IMG/VR virus record: IMGVR_UViG_3300045836_000008
From: a virus
Lineage: Duplodnaviria > Heunggongvirae > Uroviricota > Caudoviricetes
Strand: one strand, 5' to 3'
Length of the DNA: 64,000 nt
Positions 43,154-52,278 of this stretch are shown here, in pieces. Each line of letters opens with the position of its first letter. Positions within the stretch are counted from its first letter, which is position 1. The notes below the pieces were generated by a model, which made no database searches, had not been told where the DNA came from, and saw nothing but the letters and a program-made list of their open reading frames with translations. The position numbers and the translations under genes were made by a program.

Positions 43154-43531
43154 ATGACGACGAACGGAACTGGCATCACCCGCGAAGAAGCTGAATCGAT
43201 TCTCAACATGATGAAGTTCAGCGAAGCAGAACAAAGCAGTGGCAGTATCGCGGTCCTGAAGAAGTTGCAGAAGGCTTACCCCGACCTGATCCCGGCATCA
43301 TCGGAATTCGGCAAGATCATCGCCCAAGCTGACGCGCAAGCGAAGGTCACGAAGGCAGAAGCATCGAAGCAAATCAGCGAGAAGATCAAGTCGATCTACG
43401 CGCTGTTCGAAGAATGCGAGAAGATCGCAGACAAAGCGGGTGTCAGTTTCACGTTCGACATGAACGGCACCTACGGCATGGGCGGCACGTACCGCGAAGG
43501 CGAATGGATGTCGTCTTCCGACCAGTGCTGA
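43154..43531 (+). CDS. paralog family member 1: small protein with conserved amphipathic helix (I.E.AG[VI].F.F) and C-terminal ...SSSDQC ending in Cys
   Basis: Shares the KIADKAGVSFTFDM core and the W..SS..C C-terminus with the five genes below. Confidence 0.55.
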   Translation: MTTNGTGITREEAESILNMMKFSEAEQSSGSIAVLKKLQKAYPDLIPASSEFGKIIAQADAQAKVTKAEASKQISEKIKSIYALFEECEKIADKAGVSFTFDMNGTYGMGGTYREGEWMSSSDQC

Positions 43532-43541
43532 ACACAACATC

Positions 43542-43802
43542 ATGAACAACAACCTTGAAGAACGAAGAATGACGATCCAAGCACAACAAGACGCACGCCG
43601 TTCGGCACTGGCCCAAATCTCGGAACAGACCCAGATTGCGCGCGACGCACTGGCAAAGGCCGAACAAATCGCGAAGGAAGCCGGTGTTGGCTTCGACTTC
43701 GACATCGGTGACGGCTATGGCAGCTACTACACCGGCGAGAACCGCGACGGCATGAAGTACGGCTATTGGGACTGGGACGGCTGGGAAGGCTCGGCCTGCT
43801 AA
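43542..43802 (+). CDS. paralog family member 2 (C-terminus ...DWDGWEGSAC)
   Basis: EQIAKEAGVGFDFDIGDGYG core. Last residue Cys. Confidence 0.55.
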   Translation: MNNNLEERRMTIQAQQDARRSALAQISEQTQIARDALAKAEQIAKEAGVGFDFDIGDGYGSYYTGENRDGMKYGYWDWDGWEGSAC

Positions 43803-43842
43803 GAAGTCCTTAAGATCAACTACATCAACAAGAGAAGAACAA

Positions 43843-44124
43843 GTGGCAGCAATTGATTTGAACGAACGCGCCAAGAAGGTCGCAGAACTTGCGGCGCTGA
43901 CTGCGAACATTCAGAAGCAACTCACTGAAGCCGAGAACATCGCAGACGCGTTCGGTATCGAGTTCGTGATGCGTCTCGCTGGTCGTCGCAACACCTACGT
44001 CCCGACCCGTCCCGATGGTGTCACGGAAGAAGACATCGAAGGAACCGATTGGGTTGAATCGGAATCCGATGACGGCTACTACGGCACTGTCACCGGCTGG
44101 ACCAACTCTTCGACGTACTGCTAA
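43843..44124 (+). CDS. paralog family member 3 (C-terminus ...TGWTNSSTYC, GTG start)
   Basis: ENIADAFGIEFVMRL core. Last residue Cys. Confidence 0.5.
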   Translation: MAAIDLNERAKKVAELAALTANIQKQLTEAENIADAFGIEFVMRLAGRRNTYVPTRPDGVTEEDIEGTDWVESESDDGYYGTVTGWTNSSTYC

Positions 44125-44127
44125 ACG

Positions 44128-44415
44128 ATGACCGAACTTCGCAAAATTGATCCGGCCAAGCGTCAAGAAGCCGTTGCCCGCATCGCGAGCAATCTTGACC
44201 GCATGAAGGAACTGATCGCAGAGAACGTGGCGCTTGCCAACGAGTTCGGCATCAACTTCAGCGTCGAAAGCCCGATGCGGTACGAAAGCGGTGTGACGTA
44301 TCTCCCGCCTGTGCCTGAAGATGTCGATCCCGAAGGTACGGATTGGGAAGAATCCCGATACGAAGACTACGATGGTGAGACGGACGGCTGGAAGAACAGT
44401 TCGTCGTACTGCTGA
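44128..44415 (+). CDS. paralog family member 4 (C-terminus ...DGWKNSSSYC)
   Basis: ENVALANEFGINFSVES core. The internal GTDWEES segment is shared with member 3. Last residue Cys. Confidence 0.55.
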   Translation: MTELRKIDPAKRQEAVARIASNLDRMKELIAENVALANEFGINFSVESPMRYESGVTYLPPVPEDVDPEGTDWEESRYEDYDGETDGWKNSSSYC

Positions 44416-44642
44416 TGTCAAAGAAACCGACTAAGGCCGTTGAAATGGCGACGGCCCAACTCGCAGAGAAGGTCGAAAGCATCCGCCAGACTTTGAAGGA
44501 CGCGTGCGATATTGCGGACGCATATGGACTCGAATTCACGTTGCTTGATGAATTCGGGAACTACCTTCGCTATACGGGTCGTGTGTACGATGTTGAATCG
44601 GACTATCACGAAGATGGTGGTTGGTATAGCTCCCACTGCTAA
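44415..44642 (+). CDS. paralog family member 5 (C-terminus ...GGWYSSHC)
   Basis: CDIADAYGLEFTLLDEFG core. Last residue Cys. Start overlaps the previous stop. Confidence 0.55.
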   Translation: MSKKPTKAVEMATAQLAEKVESIRQTLKDACDIADAYGLEFTLLDEFGNYLRYTGRVYDVESDYHEDGGWYSSHC

Positions 44643-44657
44643 CTGAGAAAGAACAAG

Positions 44658-45584
44658 ATGATCGTAATTGGAAGTGAAGCGCTGCGCAAACATGGTATCG
44701 AGACTGGCCGTAAGAAGCTAGACATCGATGTGGTTGGTGAGTACGACGACATTGTTGAATTCGCCAAACAGTTCGGCAACATCCGTGCATGCTACCCGGT
44801 CAGCGATGGCAACAAGCTGGTCGTGAAGACGGACACGATGATCGTTGAAGGCGAAATCACGTGGGAAGGATCGAACGCGGCACAACTGCGTGACCTGATC
44901 CTGAATGATCCGGGCACGGCCATCGAGAAGCGCCCGAACGGCTACGTGATCCCTTCAGTGAATCTGCTGTACATGCTGAAGATGTCGCATCGGTATCTGC
45001 GCAACAGCCCGCACTTCCTGAAGACGATGCGTGACATTCAGATGCTTCGCCTATTCGGCGCAAAGATCGAAGAACGTCACGAAGAGTTCTACAAGGAACG
45101 CATGCGCGTCACCTACGATTACGGTCATCCGAAGCTGGACCAGTCGAAGAAAGATTTCTTCAGCGATGACGGTATCAAGTACGTCTACGATCACGACTCG
45201 ATCCACGAAGCAGTGAAGCAACTGGACCGACCGGCCTACACGTACTACAAGCCGGATCAAAGCGAAGTGAACTGTTCGAAGGACATGTTCTTCGCTGCAC
45301 CGGAGATGGTTCGCCTTCTCGGTGGTCTGGAAGAGTCCTACGTGCTGGCGCTGGAACGGTCGCAGATTCCGTTCCCCGGCAAGTGGACGCCGCAGCGTTC
45401 GTTCGACTTCGCACTGATGAAGGTCTGCACGTCGATCACTAGCGGATGGTTCCGCGAATACTGTTGGGAAAACTATGACAAGATTCGCGAACTGTACGAC
45501 GACAGCTACGTTGATCGGTTCTGGCAGAAGGTTCAAGAAGGTGTGGTGATTCACCACGATCCACAACAACGAGTATATGGCTAA
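44658..45584 (+). CDS. hypothetical protein (308 aa)
   Basis: Long ORF with coding composition. No motif recognised. Confidence 0.55.
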   Translation: MIVIGSEALRKHGIETGRKKLDIDVVGEYDDIVEFAKQFGNIRACYPVSDGNKLVVKTDTMIVEGEITWEGSNAAQLRDLILNDPGTAIEKRPNGYVIPSVNLLYMLKMSHRYLRNSPHFLKTMRDIQMLRLFGAKIEERHEEFYKERMRVTYDYGHPKLDQSKKDFFSDDGIKYVYDHDSIHEAVKQLDRPAYTYYKPDQSEVNCSKDMFFAAPEMVRLLGGLEESYVLALERSQIPFPGKWTPQRSFDFALMKVCTSITSGWFREYCWENYDKIRELYDDSYVDRFWQKVQEGVVIHHDPQQRVYG

Positions 45585-45909
45585 CGAAATTACAGCGGAC
45601 CAGATTGTTCACGCTGGCAACATCAAGTTCTACTTCGAAGACCTTGGCGAAACGCTGACGGTTCGGGGCTATCTGGTCAACCTTCTGCGCAGTCTGTGGG
45701 CGGAAGGTGAAGGGTTCAACAGCAAGCGCCCATACGGCAACAGCGGATGGGAATTCGATCTGTACCGCGCGCTGGTTGACGGTGGCGCGATCAAGGGCAC
45801 GCTGGACGAAGATGGGTATCTCGAAGACTTCGACCGACAAGCGGGCATCGACATGATCTACGCGATCATTGATTCGCTCGAAGGCAACGACGACGATGAA
45901 GACGACTAA
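45577..45909 (+). CDS. hypothetical acidic protein (C-terminus DDDEDD)
   Basis: 110-aa ORF. Confidence 0.45.
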   Translation: MANEITADQIVHAGNIKFYFEDLGETLTVRGYLVNLLRSLWAEGEGFNSKRPYGNSGWEFDLYRALVDGGAIKGTLDEDGYLEDFDRQAGIDMIYAIIDSLEGNDDDEDD

Positions 45910-46162
45910 GCAGGAAGCCGCCAAGATCATCGATGACAAGCTGAAACAGGCTTGGCAATTGGTCGAAGATTGCGTGAAGCTGGCCGAACATTCCGGCTGT
46001 TGCTTCGAACTTCCGTGGGGTGGTGAAGGCACGGATCAGCGCGGCATGGGTGCGACGTATGTGCCCGAGAGTGCGAGCGAGCAAGACAAGAAGTGGATGT
46101 GTAATGACGGTTGGGGTGGTAACTACTACACCGGCTGGCAACCTTCGGCTGGCACATGCTGA
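45896..46162 (+). CDS. paralog family member 6 (C-terminus ...TGWQPSAGTC)
   Basis: ATG at 45896 in frame with track ORF 45869. VKLAEHSGCCFELPW core and WGGNYYTGW. Last residue Cys. Confidence 0.5.
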   Translation: MKTTKQEAAKIIDDKLKQAWQLVEDCVKLAEHSGCCFELPWGGEGTDQRGMGATYVPESASEQDKKWMCNDGWGGNYYTGWQPSAGTC

Positions 46163-46338
46163 AGCATCGCGAGTTCTTTGACGACGAGTTCTATCGCTTC
46201 ATGCTTCGAGAGTACGAAGCGATCCGCGTGCGTCGCAAGTCCCGAAAGGGCAAACCCGACGAGTATGAGAGAATCGAACTCACACTCGACAAGCTGTTCG
46301 AAAATTTTTACAAGCAGTTCATCGACTAAGGTCACAAC

Positions 46339-46746
46339 ATGTTCAAGAAGTTCGCAGTAGCAGTAGCAGGTATGGCGCTTGCAATGTCGGCCCACGCATT
46401 CAGCGCGGCAGCGGGTCACGCATCGGTATCCGTGGCACACGTCAGTGTCGTGTCGTCGGCCCATCCGGTCGCAGTGGCCGCACCGCACGTATCGGTCGTA
46501 GAACCGGTCGCGACGGCCCACGTAGCACCAACCCCCGCCGCGAAGCCAGCAACCCCGCCTGTGGCCGCTAAACCGGCTGCAACGGCAACGTCGCAGGTTG
46601 CGAAAGAAGCGACGGTCGCAAAGACGACGCTGGTTCCGAAGGCAACCGTTCCGCACACGCCGATCACGGTGGTTCGTGGCAAGACGGCAACCGCAGCAGC
46701 GTATGCTTCGGAAGCCAGTGCAGCATCGGCGGCACGCGCGAAGTAA
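46339..46746 (+). CDS. Sec-secreted His/Val/Ser/Ala/Pro-rich low-complexity protein
   Basis: Signal peptide MFKKFAVAVAGMALAMSAHA|FS. Repeats AHVSVVSSAHPVAVAAPHVSVVEPVATAHVAP. Ala/Pro/Lys-rich tail. Confidence 0.6.
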   Translation: MFKKFAVAVAGMALAMSAHAFSAAAGHASVSVAHVSVVSSAHPVAVAAPHVSVVEPVATAHVAPTPAAKPATPPVAAKPAATATSQVAKEATVAKTTLVPKATVPHTPITVVRGKTATAAAYASEASAASAARAK

Positions 46747-46756
46747 GTAGCAGTAG

Positions 46757-46792
46757 TTGACAAGGTTGGGAATGCGCGATAGTATTCCCAAC
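46757..46792 (+). promoter_or_regulatory. family promoter TTGACA-aggttgggaatgcgcga-TAGTAT with inverted repeat TTGGGAAT / ATTCCCAA bracketing the -10
   Basis: Read directly. Confidence 0.6.
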
Positions 46793-46807
46793 AAACAAGA
46801 GTCAAAG

Positions 46808-46939
46808 ATGAAGATTGAACGCTGTCCCCGGTGCGAGAAGAACCGATACAACGATTCGCCATACAACTACGTGTGGTGGTCCGTGATGGGTGTTGGGTAT
46901 ATGTGCTGGCACTGCTTCAAGTGCCTGAAAGCTAAATAG
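46808..46939 (+). CDS. small zinc-ribbon protein (43 aa)
   Basis: MKIERCPRCEKNRYNDSPYNYVWWSVMGVGYMCWHCFKCLKAK. ATG after CAAGAGTCAAAG. Confidence 0.4.
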   Translation: MKIERCPRCEKNRYNDSPYNYVWWSVMGVGYMCWHCFKCLKAK

Positions 46940-46958
46940 TTGATCCACAATTACGCCT

Positions 46959-47852
46959 ATGGGACTGCACCCAATGAAATCATTCTCGGAACTTCGGCGC
47001 TATCTGAACGATATGCCGATCATTAGCGAAGAAATCCACCAAGACATCCACAACGTGCTGAACGGCCCACAAGACGCGCGGTTCAAGCTGAAGTCGATGT
47101 CGGATCGTATTCGCAGTCTCGTTAAGTCCGGTCAAGATCACGGTCTGGAAGACGCGAAGCCCAAGAAGGGTTCGTCGCGCGCTGTCTTCTTCCCGAAAGA
47201 ACCGATGAAGCTGAAGATCGACGGCCAAGACACGCACATGCACACGGCGCTGAAGGTTGCGTTCCCCGGCGAACTCGACAAGTACGCCAAGCACGGCGAA
47301 TCGCTTCTCGGTGAAGAACAGAACCGCGTGGAAGGCGATCATTGGGCTAACAGCCAGTACGGCGTGCTGCGCCAAGGTGATCGTCACGACGAGTTCCACA
47401 CGAACGAACACGGCTTCCTTGCGCCTGTCCTGCACTCTCACGAAGAAGGCCACTACGTTCACATGGGGAAGATCGAACCCATCAAGGCAGGTGAGTTCAA
47501 GCAGCACACCAAGGCACCGGGCTTCGAGAAGGGCATCACGCACGACGAGATGTACGACTACCTGCATCATCACTACAACGCGGCGCACGGTCAGTCCTAC
47601 GGCGGCAAGACGAAGCCCGAACGTCTGGAACAGCTTGAAGAACACCCGATGTTGGAGCGCATGCACGACTGGATGCTGAACACTGGCGCACATCCGGGCG
47701 ATCTGAACAAGCGCAACATGGGTGTATGGACGCACCCGGTGACGCAGAAGAAGCACATCGTTGTTTCTGACTTCGGCTTCACTGGTGACGTTGCCAAGAT
47801 GTACGGCGAGCGCCGCAAGCGCATGTCCCAAGCGAAGTACGGACGCTATTGA
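46959..47852 (+). CDS. His-rich hypothetical protein (about 12% His)
   Basis: 297-aa ORF with many HxH/HH pairs (HMHTALK, HSHEEGHYVHMG, YLHHHYNAAHG). Confidence 0.55.
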   Translation: MGLHPMKSFSELRRYLNDMPIISEEIHQDIHNVLNGPQDARFKLKSMSDRIRSLVKSGQDHGLEDAKPKKGSSRAVFFPKEPMKLKIDGQDTHMHTALKVAFPGELDKYAKHGESLLGEEQNRVEGDHWANSQYGVLRQGDRHDEFHTNEHGFLAPVLHSHEEGHYVHMGKIEPIKAGEFKQHTKAPGFEKGITHDEMYDYLHHHYNAAHGQSYGGKTKPERLEQLEEHPMLERMHDWMLNTGAHPGDLNKRNMGVWTHPVTQKKHIVVSDFGFTGDVAKMYGERRKRMSQAKYGRY

Positions 47853-47876
47853 TTTCTGATGTTTGTTTTTGTATTT

Positions 47877-47905
47877 GGCCCGCCCTGTGCGGGCCTTTTT
47901 ATTTT
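47877..47905 (+). terminator. rho-independent terminator (GGCCCGC-CCUGU-GCGGGCC + UUUUUAUUUU)
   Basis: 7-bp GC stem plus a U-tract, immediately followed by a family promoter. Confidence 0.8.
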
Positions 47906-47909
47906 GTGC

Positions 47910-47938
47910 TTGACATCCATTCCCAAGCTTGGTAGTAT
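47910..47938 (+). promoter_or_regulatory. family promoter TTGACA-tccattcccaagcttgg-TAGTAT
   Basis: Palindrome CCAAGCTTGG. Leader TAGCACATACCAACATGGAG. Confidence 0.65.
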
Positions 47939-47966
47939 TAGCACATACCAACATGGAGTGCTGAAC

Positions 47967-48179
47967 ATGACCAAACTCGATGACGCAGTGCAGACGATCC
48001 GCGAAACTCTCGACTGCGACCGCAGTGATGCCTTGCGCTACATCGCGCGAAAGGTCGATAAGGACGGCGCGTTCCAATTCGCCAAGACGTTCGAAGTGCT
48101 GGACTCCAACAATTCCGCCGAAGAGTTCATGCTGGAATTCATGGAGACGTACAACAACGAAATCGAGCGTCGTTACTGA
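47967..48179 (+). CDS. small hypothetical protein (70 aa)
   Basis: ATG at 47967 in frame with track ORF 47859. Confidence 0.45.
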   Translation: MTKLDDAVQTIRETLDCDRSDALRYIARKVDKDGAFQFAKTFEVLDSNNSAEEFMLEFMETYNNEIERRY

Positions 48180-48544
48180 TGGACGCGCTGATCGATGGTT
48201 TCTGGGCCGGTGTCGGGATTGCATTCTTCCTGTTCACACCGGTTTTTCTTGGCTGTTTGCGATGGGAGAAGAAGGCTATGAAAACTGTGTACATCGTGCC
48301 CGCGTGGTCGGATCAAGCAGGACAGTGCAGGATCGTCGCCACGGTCACGGCGCAGAAGTTGTCGAACGTGGCGCGCGACTACGACCACTACCCGGACAAG
48401 TGGCGTGAAGTCGGCATCATGAACAGCCAAGGCAAGCTGGTCTGCTATGACGGCAAGCCGGAAGAGCGCGCTGAAATCCTGTCGTGCGAACCGCTGGCCG
48501 CTGGTATGGTCTTCGAGTTCGAAGGAATTCATCAACCCGCTTGA
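48179..48544 (+). CDS. hypothetical membrane protein (N-terminal TM)
   Basis: GFWAGVGIAFFLFTPVFLGCL segment. ATG overlaps the upstream stop (TGATG). Confidence 0.5.
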   Translation: MDALIDGFWAGVGIAFFLFTPVFLGCLRWEKKAMKTVYIVPAWSDQAGQCRIVATVTAQKLSNVARDYDHYPDKWREVGIMNSQGKLVCYDGKPEERAEILSCEPLAAGMVFEFEGIHQPA

Positions 48545-48598
48545 CAACGAACTCCCAAGTGTGTAAGATTCTCACATCGACAACGCACTTGGGAGTTC
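48541..48598 (+). promoter_or_regulatory. family promoter TTGACA-acgaactcccaagtgtg-TAAGAT with a perfect 13-bp inverted repeat (GAACTCCCAAGTG ... CACTTGGGAGTTC) spanning the -10 and conserved leader TCTCACATCGACAACG
   Basis: The arms are exact reverse complements separated by about 24 nt. Confidence 0.65.
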
Positions 48599-48602
48599 AG
48601 AC

Positions 48603-48812
48603 ATGGCAAACTACATCGTCCACCTTCAAAACGAACTGAAGGACGCGAACGCCAAGCTGGCCGCGATGCAGGAAGAGATTCAGAACTTCCGCCGTCACCT
48701 TCAGTCCAGCAAGTTCCAGAACGTCGAAGGTCAAGAACGCAACGACTGGATCGCAGTCGCGGACGTGCAACGCTGGCTCGATAATATCGTCAACGCCGAA
48801 CAAAGCAGTTGA
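48603..48812 (+). CDS. small hypothetical coiled-coil protein
   Basis: 69-aa ORF. ATG after GGAGTTCAGAC. Confidence 0.45.
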   Translation: MANYIVHLQNELKDANAKLAAMQEEIQNFRRHLQSSKFQNVEGQERNDWIAVADVQRWLDNIVNAEQSS

Positions 48813-48837
48813 CAAGTATTCCCATTCTTGGTAATAT
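48809..48837 (+). promoter_or_regulatory. family promoter TTGACA-agtattcccattcttgg-TAATAT
   Basis: Leader CCTTCCATCGACAAACG...ACGGAG. Confidence 0.6.
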
Positions 48838-48870
48838 CCTTCCATCGACAAACGAAACGGAGTGAAGAAC

Positions 48871-49185
48871 ATGTCCAACACCAACAAGATCGTTGAAATG
48901 AACTTCCCGCAAGAAGCGCTGGCACACCGGGCGTTCGACCGTGCGATCCTGAACGACAAGGACGCATCGACCCAAGGTCGTGCTGTGTCGGCCCTGAAGA
49001 TCGTGGAAGAAGAGTTCATGCAGCGTCGCAACTATGCACGCGAGACGGGCAACATGGTCCACTTCGAACGTGCGTGCAAGAAGCTGCTGGAAATCCGTGC
49101 AGCAATCAACCTGATCGAATACGGTCTGGACGAAGGCGACTATCCGAAGAACAAGACCACGCCGCACAAGATCAGCGTCGAATAA
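48871..49185 (+). CDS. hypothetical protein
   Basis: ATG after AACGGAGTGAAGAAC. The track ORF starts at a GTG at 48862. Confidence 0.5.
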   Translation: MSNTNKIVEMNFPQEALAHRAFDRAILNDKDASTQGRAVSALKIVEEEFMQRRNYARETGNMVHFERACKKLLEIRAAINLIEYGLDEGDYPKNKTTPHKISVE

Positions 49186-49186
49186 G

Positions 49187-49216
49187 CTTGACACGAATTC
49201 CCAGACATGGGATAAT
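49187..49216 (+). promoter_or_regulatory. family promoter TTGACA-cgaattcccagacatggg-ATAATA
   Basis: Leader GCTTCACATCAACGAACCGGGAG. Confidence 0.6.
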
Positions 49217-49246
49217 AGCTTCACATCAACGAACCGGGAGTCAAAC

Positions 49247-49765
49247 ATGAGCCAACAATTCCAACTGATCGACGCAGACAAGGCACGCGAACAACTGACC
49301 ACGGAAATCGGTCGTCGCGGCGCTCGGTTGATGGTCCTGAAGCTGGTCCTGAAGACGCTGAAGGAACTCGAAGGCTCGAAGCTGACGTGGCATCTCGCGA
49401 AGAAGCTGGCGAAGGCGCATCCGCACCAGAAGTTCGATCTGGACACGTCGCATTCGTGGTACAGCCTTGTCATCACTGGCGAAGGCATGGACGCCCTGAA
49501 CCTGAATCTGGGCTACAAGGGTCGCACGGATGTCGTGGATTACGCGGTCATCAACGAGCAGAACCAAGCGTATCTTCTCGATGAACAACGCATCCCGAAG
49601 ATGAAGGCAGAACTGAAGGACATCGATGCGCGCGTGAAGCGATACAACGATGCGCTGATCGAAGTGAATCGGGCACACAATGCCCTTGGCGAAGGCCGCT
49701 ATTCGTTCACGGACAATAGCTCCCTGAGTATCAAAGACGCGAAAGGACGCTGGTTTCAAGAATGA
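49247..49765 (+). CDS. hypothetical protein
   Basis: 172-aa ORF. Confidence 0.5.
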   Translation: MSQQFQLIDADKAREQLTTEIGRRGARLMVLKLVLKTLKELEGSKLTWHLAKKLAKAHPHQKFDLDTSHSWYSLVITGEGMDALNLNLGYKGRTDVVDYAVINEQNQAYLLDEQRIPKMKAELKDIDARVKRYNDALIEVNRAHNALGEGRYSFTDNSSLSIKDAKGRWFQE

Positions 49766-49983
49766 ATCCAATCTGCATCGAGTTTTACCGCTACCTGAAC
49801 GGTGCATGGCAAATCATGCACCGTAATGTTGACATCAACGAACGCACCATCATTCCGCAAGTCGGAATGCGGTTGAAGTTCGGTGATGGTCGCACATGCG
49901 ATTATTGGGAAGTCATCGGTGTCTGTATGAACTTCGAAGACGGTTCGTATGAAGTCCGTCTTGCCGAAAAGTGGGAGAACTGA
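49762..49983 (+). CDS. small hypothetical protein
   Basis: 73-aa ORF. Start overlaps the upstream stop (ATGA). Confidence 0.45.
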   Translation: MNPICIEFYRYLNGAWQIMHRNVDINERTIIPQVGMRLKFGDGRTCDYWEVIGVCMNFEDGSYEVRLAEKWEN

Positions 49984-50169
49984 ATGAGAATCGAATACTG
50001 GTGTCAAGATCGGTATGAACGTCTTCGTCACGAGCAATACGATCATCGCTTCACGGTCATTCCGCGCATCGGTGAGTTCGTTAAACTCCCCAACTACAAC
50101 AACCGGATGGTGGCGAATATCGTCCATGATCCAATCAACGAATTCGTGAAGGTCTGGCTACACGTATGA
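49984..50169 (+). CDS. small hypothetical protein
   Basis: 61-aa ORF. Confidence 0.4.
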   Translation: MRIEYWCQDRYERLRHEQYDHRFTVIPRIGEFVKLPNYNNRMVANIVHDPINEFVKVWLHV

Positions 50170-50450
50170 AGAAACTGATCCTGTCGGCGCTGTTGTTCGC
50201 AGCGCTGGCCGGGTGTAAGTACAACCGCACACCCGAACAACTAGAACAAGAAAAGATACAACAGGCGTATGAACACCAACTGCGCCAGCAACGCGACGTA
50301 GAATCCGCGAAACACCAAATCGACGCCCAAAACCAGTGGTTGCATTCGTGCGATTCCAATGGCGGTGTCGTCTCCATCTCGCATAGTCGGTATGACACAA
50401 CGCTGACCTGCGCCAACAAACTCGAATCAAAACTCTCGTCTTTCCAGTAA
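50166..50450 (+). CDS. small lipoprotein
   Basis: Lipobox LAGC (MKKLILSALLFAALAGC|KY). Confidence 0.55.
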   Translation: MKKLILSALLFAALAGCKYNRTPEQLEQEKIQQAYEHQLRQQRDVESAKHQIDAQNQWLHSCDSNGGVVSISHSRYDTTLTCANKLESKLSSFQ

Positions 50451-50902
50451 TGGCAGTCTACGAATTTGATGCACCGTTCGCGTTGATCGTGAACACCGAC
50501 CAATACGCGGGCAACTTCGAGCGCGAGTTCTGCGCATACGTTACAGGCGCTATTGGCGAATGCGGTGTCGGTGAAGAACTCGCTGAAGAGTTCCAAGAAG
50601 AAGAGCCGTCATCCGGCCTGTTCGACCTGACCAGTCAAGTCATGGACGATAACGGCTGTCGGCGTCCAGTGTCGATCTACGATGATGGCGACAAGTACAA
50701 TTCGATCATCATCTTCTTCGACAGCGAACCCGACGAAGACGACTACGCAATTATCGTTCGTCGTGCGAAGCAATTTGCCGAAGAACGTCCCGACTGGCGC
50801 AGCTACATGGGAACGAAAAAACCCTTGAAGCTGAAGGGCATGCGCCTGATCCGAAATGAAGTAGTCCGTACCATCACAACCCTGAAGCAATTCGAAATCT
50901 GA
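50450..50902 (+). CDS. hypothetical acidic protein
   Basis: 150-aa ORF. Confidence 0.5.
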   Translation: MAVYEFDAPFALIVNTDQYAGNFEREFCAYVTGAIGECGVGEELAEEFQEEEPSSGLFDLTSQVMDDNGCRRPVSIYDDGDKYNSIIIFFDSEPDEDDYAIIVRRAKQFAEERPDWRSYMGTKKPLKLKGMRLIRNEVVRTITTLKQFEI

Positions 50903-52278
50903 TGTCCATCCTTGAAATTCTGAATCAAGTCGCAGCAACGACGAAGAAGACCGAAAAAGAAGCAATCCTGAAAGAGAACGCGAAGAACGAAACGCTGCAA
51001 CGCGTGTTCTATCTCGCCTATCAGCCGACGATCAACTTCTTCATGAAGAAGATTCCGCCGATCATGCCGAAGTCTGGCGCTGGTTCGGTGTTCGAAGAAG
51101 AAGCCTTCACGCTCGATCACGCGCTGGCAAATCTGGTCGAAGTCATCTCGAAGCGCAAGCTGACCGGCAACGCGGCAATCGGCTACGTTGGCAACCTTCT
51201 CGCGCAACTGTCGGCAGACGATGCCGAAGTGCTGGCCCGCGTCATCGGTCGCGATCTGCGCATCGACTGCGGCGCAAGCACGGCAAACAAGGTCTGGAAG
51301 GGGCTGATTCTCGATGTCCCATACATGCGGTGCAGTCTCCCCAAGGAAGTCGATCTGAAGGCGTTTCCGTGGGTGCAAGGGCTATTCTCGCAACTGAAGT
51401 CCGATGGCAGCTTCACGAACGTCAACTACTACGCCGATGGTGCGGTCGAATTCATGACCCGCAACGGCAATGTGTACCCGAATGACGAGTTCGGTGAAGT
51501 GGTCGCAGCGGTCCAGCGTGTCCCGGCGCAAGCACACCAGTTCCACGGCGAACTGCTGATCCTTGGCCCCGATGGCAACGTGCTGGAACGTGCTGAAGGC
51601 AACGGCATCCTGAACAAGCTTCAGAAGGGCGGCAAACTGCCCGAAGGCCACAAGATCAAGTTCGTCGCATGGGACATGATCCCGCTCGATGAAGCACGCC
51701 CGAAGAACAAGTACGAAGTCCCGTACCGTGTCCGTCTCGCGACGCTGGAACAGCTTGGCTTGTCCGGTGCAATCGAAGTCGTTGAAACGCGCGTCGTTCA
51801 CTCGATCCGCGAAGCCTACGAACACTACCAAGAGATGCTTGCGCTTGGTCTTGAAGGCACGATCCTGAAGCACCCTGACGCGATCTGGGAAGACACCACT
51901 TCCAAGAAGCAAGTCAAGTTCAAGCTTGATGTCACGGTCGATCTGGAAATCATTGGCTTCACGGCTGGCAAAGGCAAGAACGCCAACACGTTCGGCGCGA
52001 TCATGATGCGTAGTTCGGACGGCCAACTGACCGTGAACTGTTCCGGCATGAAGGACGATCTGCGCAAGCATATCTCCGAGAACCGTGACGACTACCTGAA
52101 CACCATCGCAGCGGTCACGTCGAACGCAATGACGAAGGTCCGTAAGGACGGCACACGAAGCCTGTTCCTTCCGCGTCTGACCGAACTTCGCAACGACAAG
52201 AACGAAGCCGACTCGTTGGAAAAGGTCGTGCTGCAATTCGAATCCGCCGTGACCGATCTGGAAAAGCTTCTGGCCTAA
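50902..52278 (+). CDS. 30: ATP-dependent DNA ligase (T4 gp30-like)
   Basis: Adenylation motif I KxDG (QLKSDGSF), downstream nucleotidyltransferase and OB-fold motifs (HGELLIL, VAWDMI, EGTILK, KFKLD). 458 aa. Confidence 0.85.
   Translation: MSILEILNQVAATTKKTEKEAILKENAKNETLQRVFYLAYQPTINFFMKKIPPIMPKSGAGSVFEEEAFTLDHALANLVEVISKRKLTGNAAIGYVGNLLAQLSADDAEVLARVIGRDLRIDCGASTANKVWKGLILDVPYMRCSLPKEVDLKAFPWVQGLFSQLKSDGSFTNVNYYADGAVEFMTRNGNVYPNDEFGEVVAAVQRVPAQAHQFHGELLILGPDGNVLERAEGNGILNKLQKGGKLPEGHKIKFVAWDMIPLDEARPKNKYEVPYRVRLATLEQLGLSGAIEVVETRVVHSIREAYEHYQEMLALGLEGTILKHPDAIWEDTTSKKQVKFKLDVTVDLEIIGFTAGKGKNANTFGAIMMRSSDGQLTVNCSGMKDDLRKHISENRDDYLNTIAAVTSNAMTKVRKDGTRSLFLPRLTELRNDKNEADSLEKVVLQFESAVTDLEKLLA

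Noticed and set aside
46980-48224. 414-aa minus-strand ORF
   Set aside because: It is antisense to the His-rich + gene and crosses a + strand terminator/promoter. Spurious.
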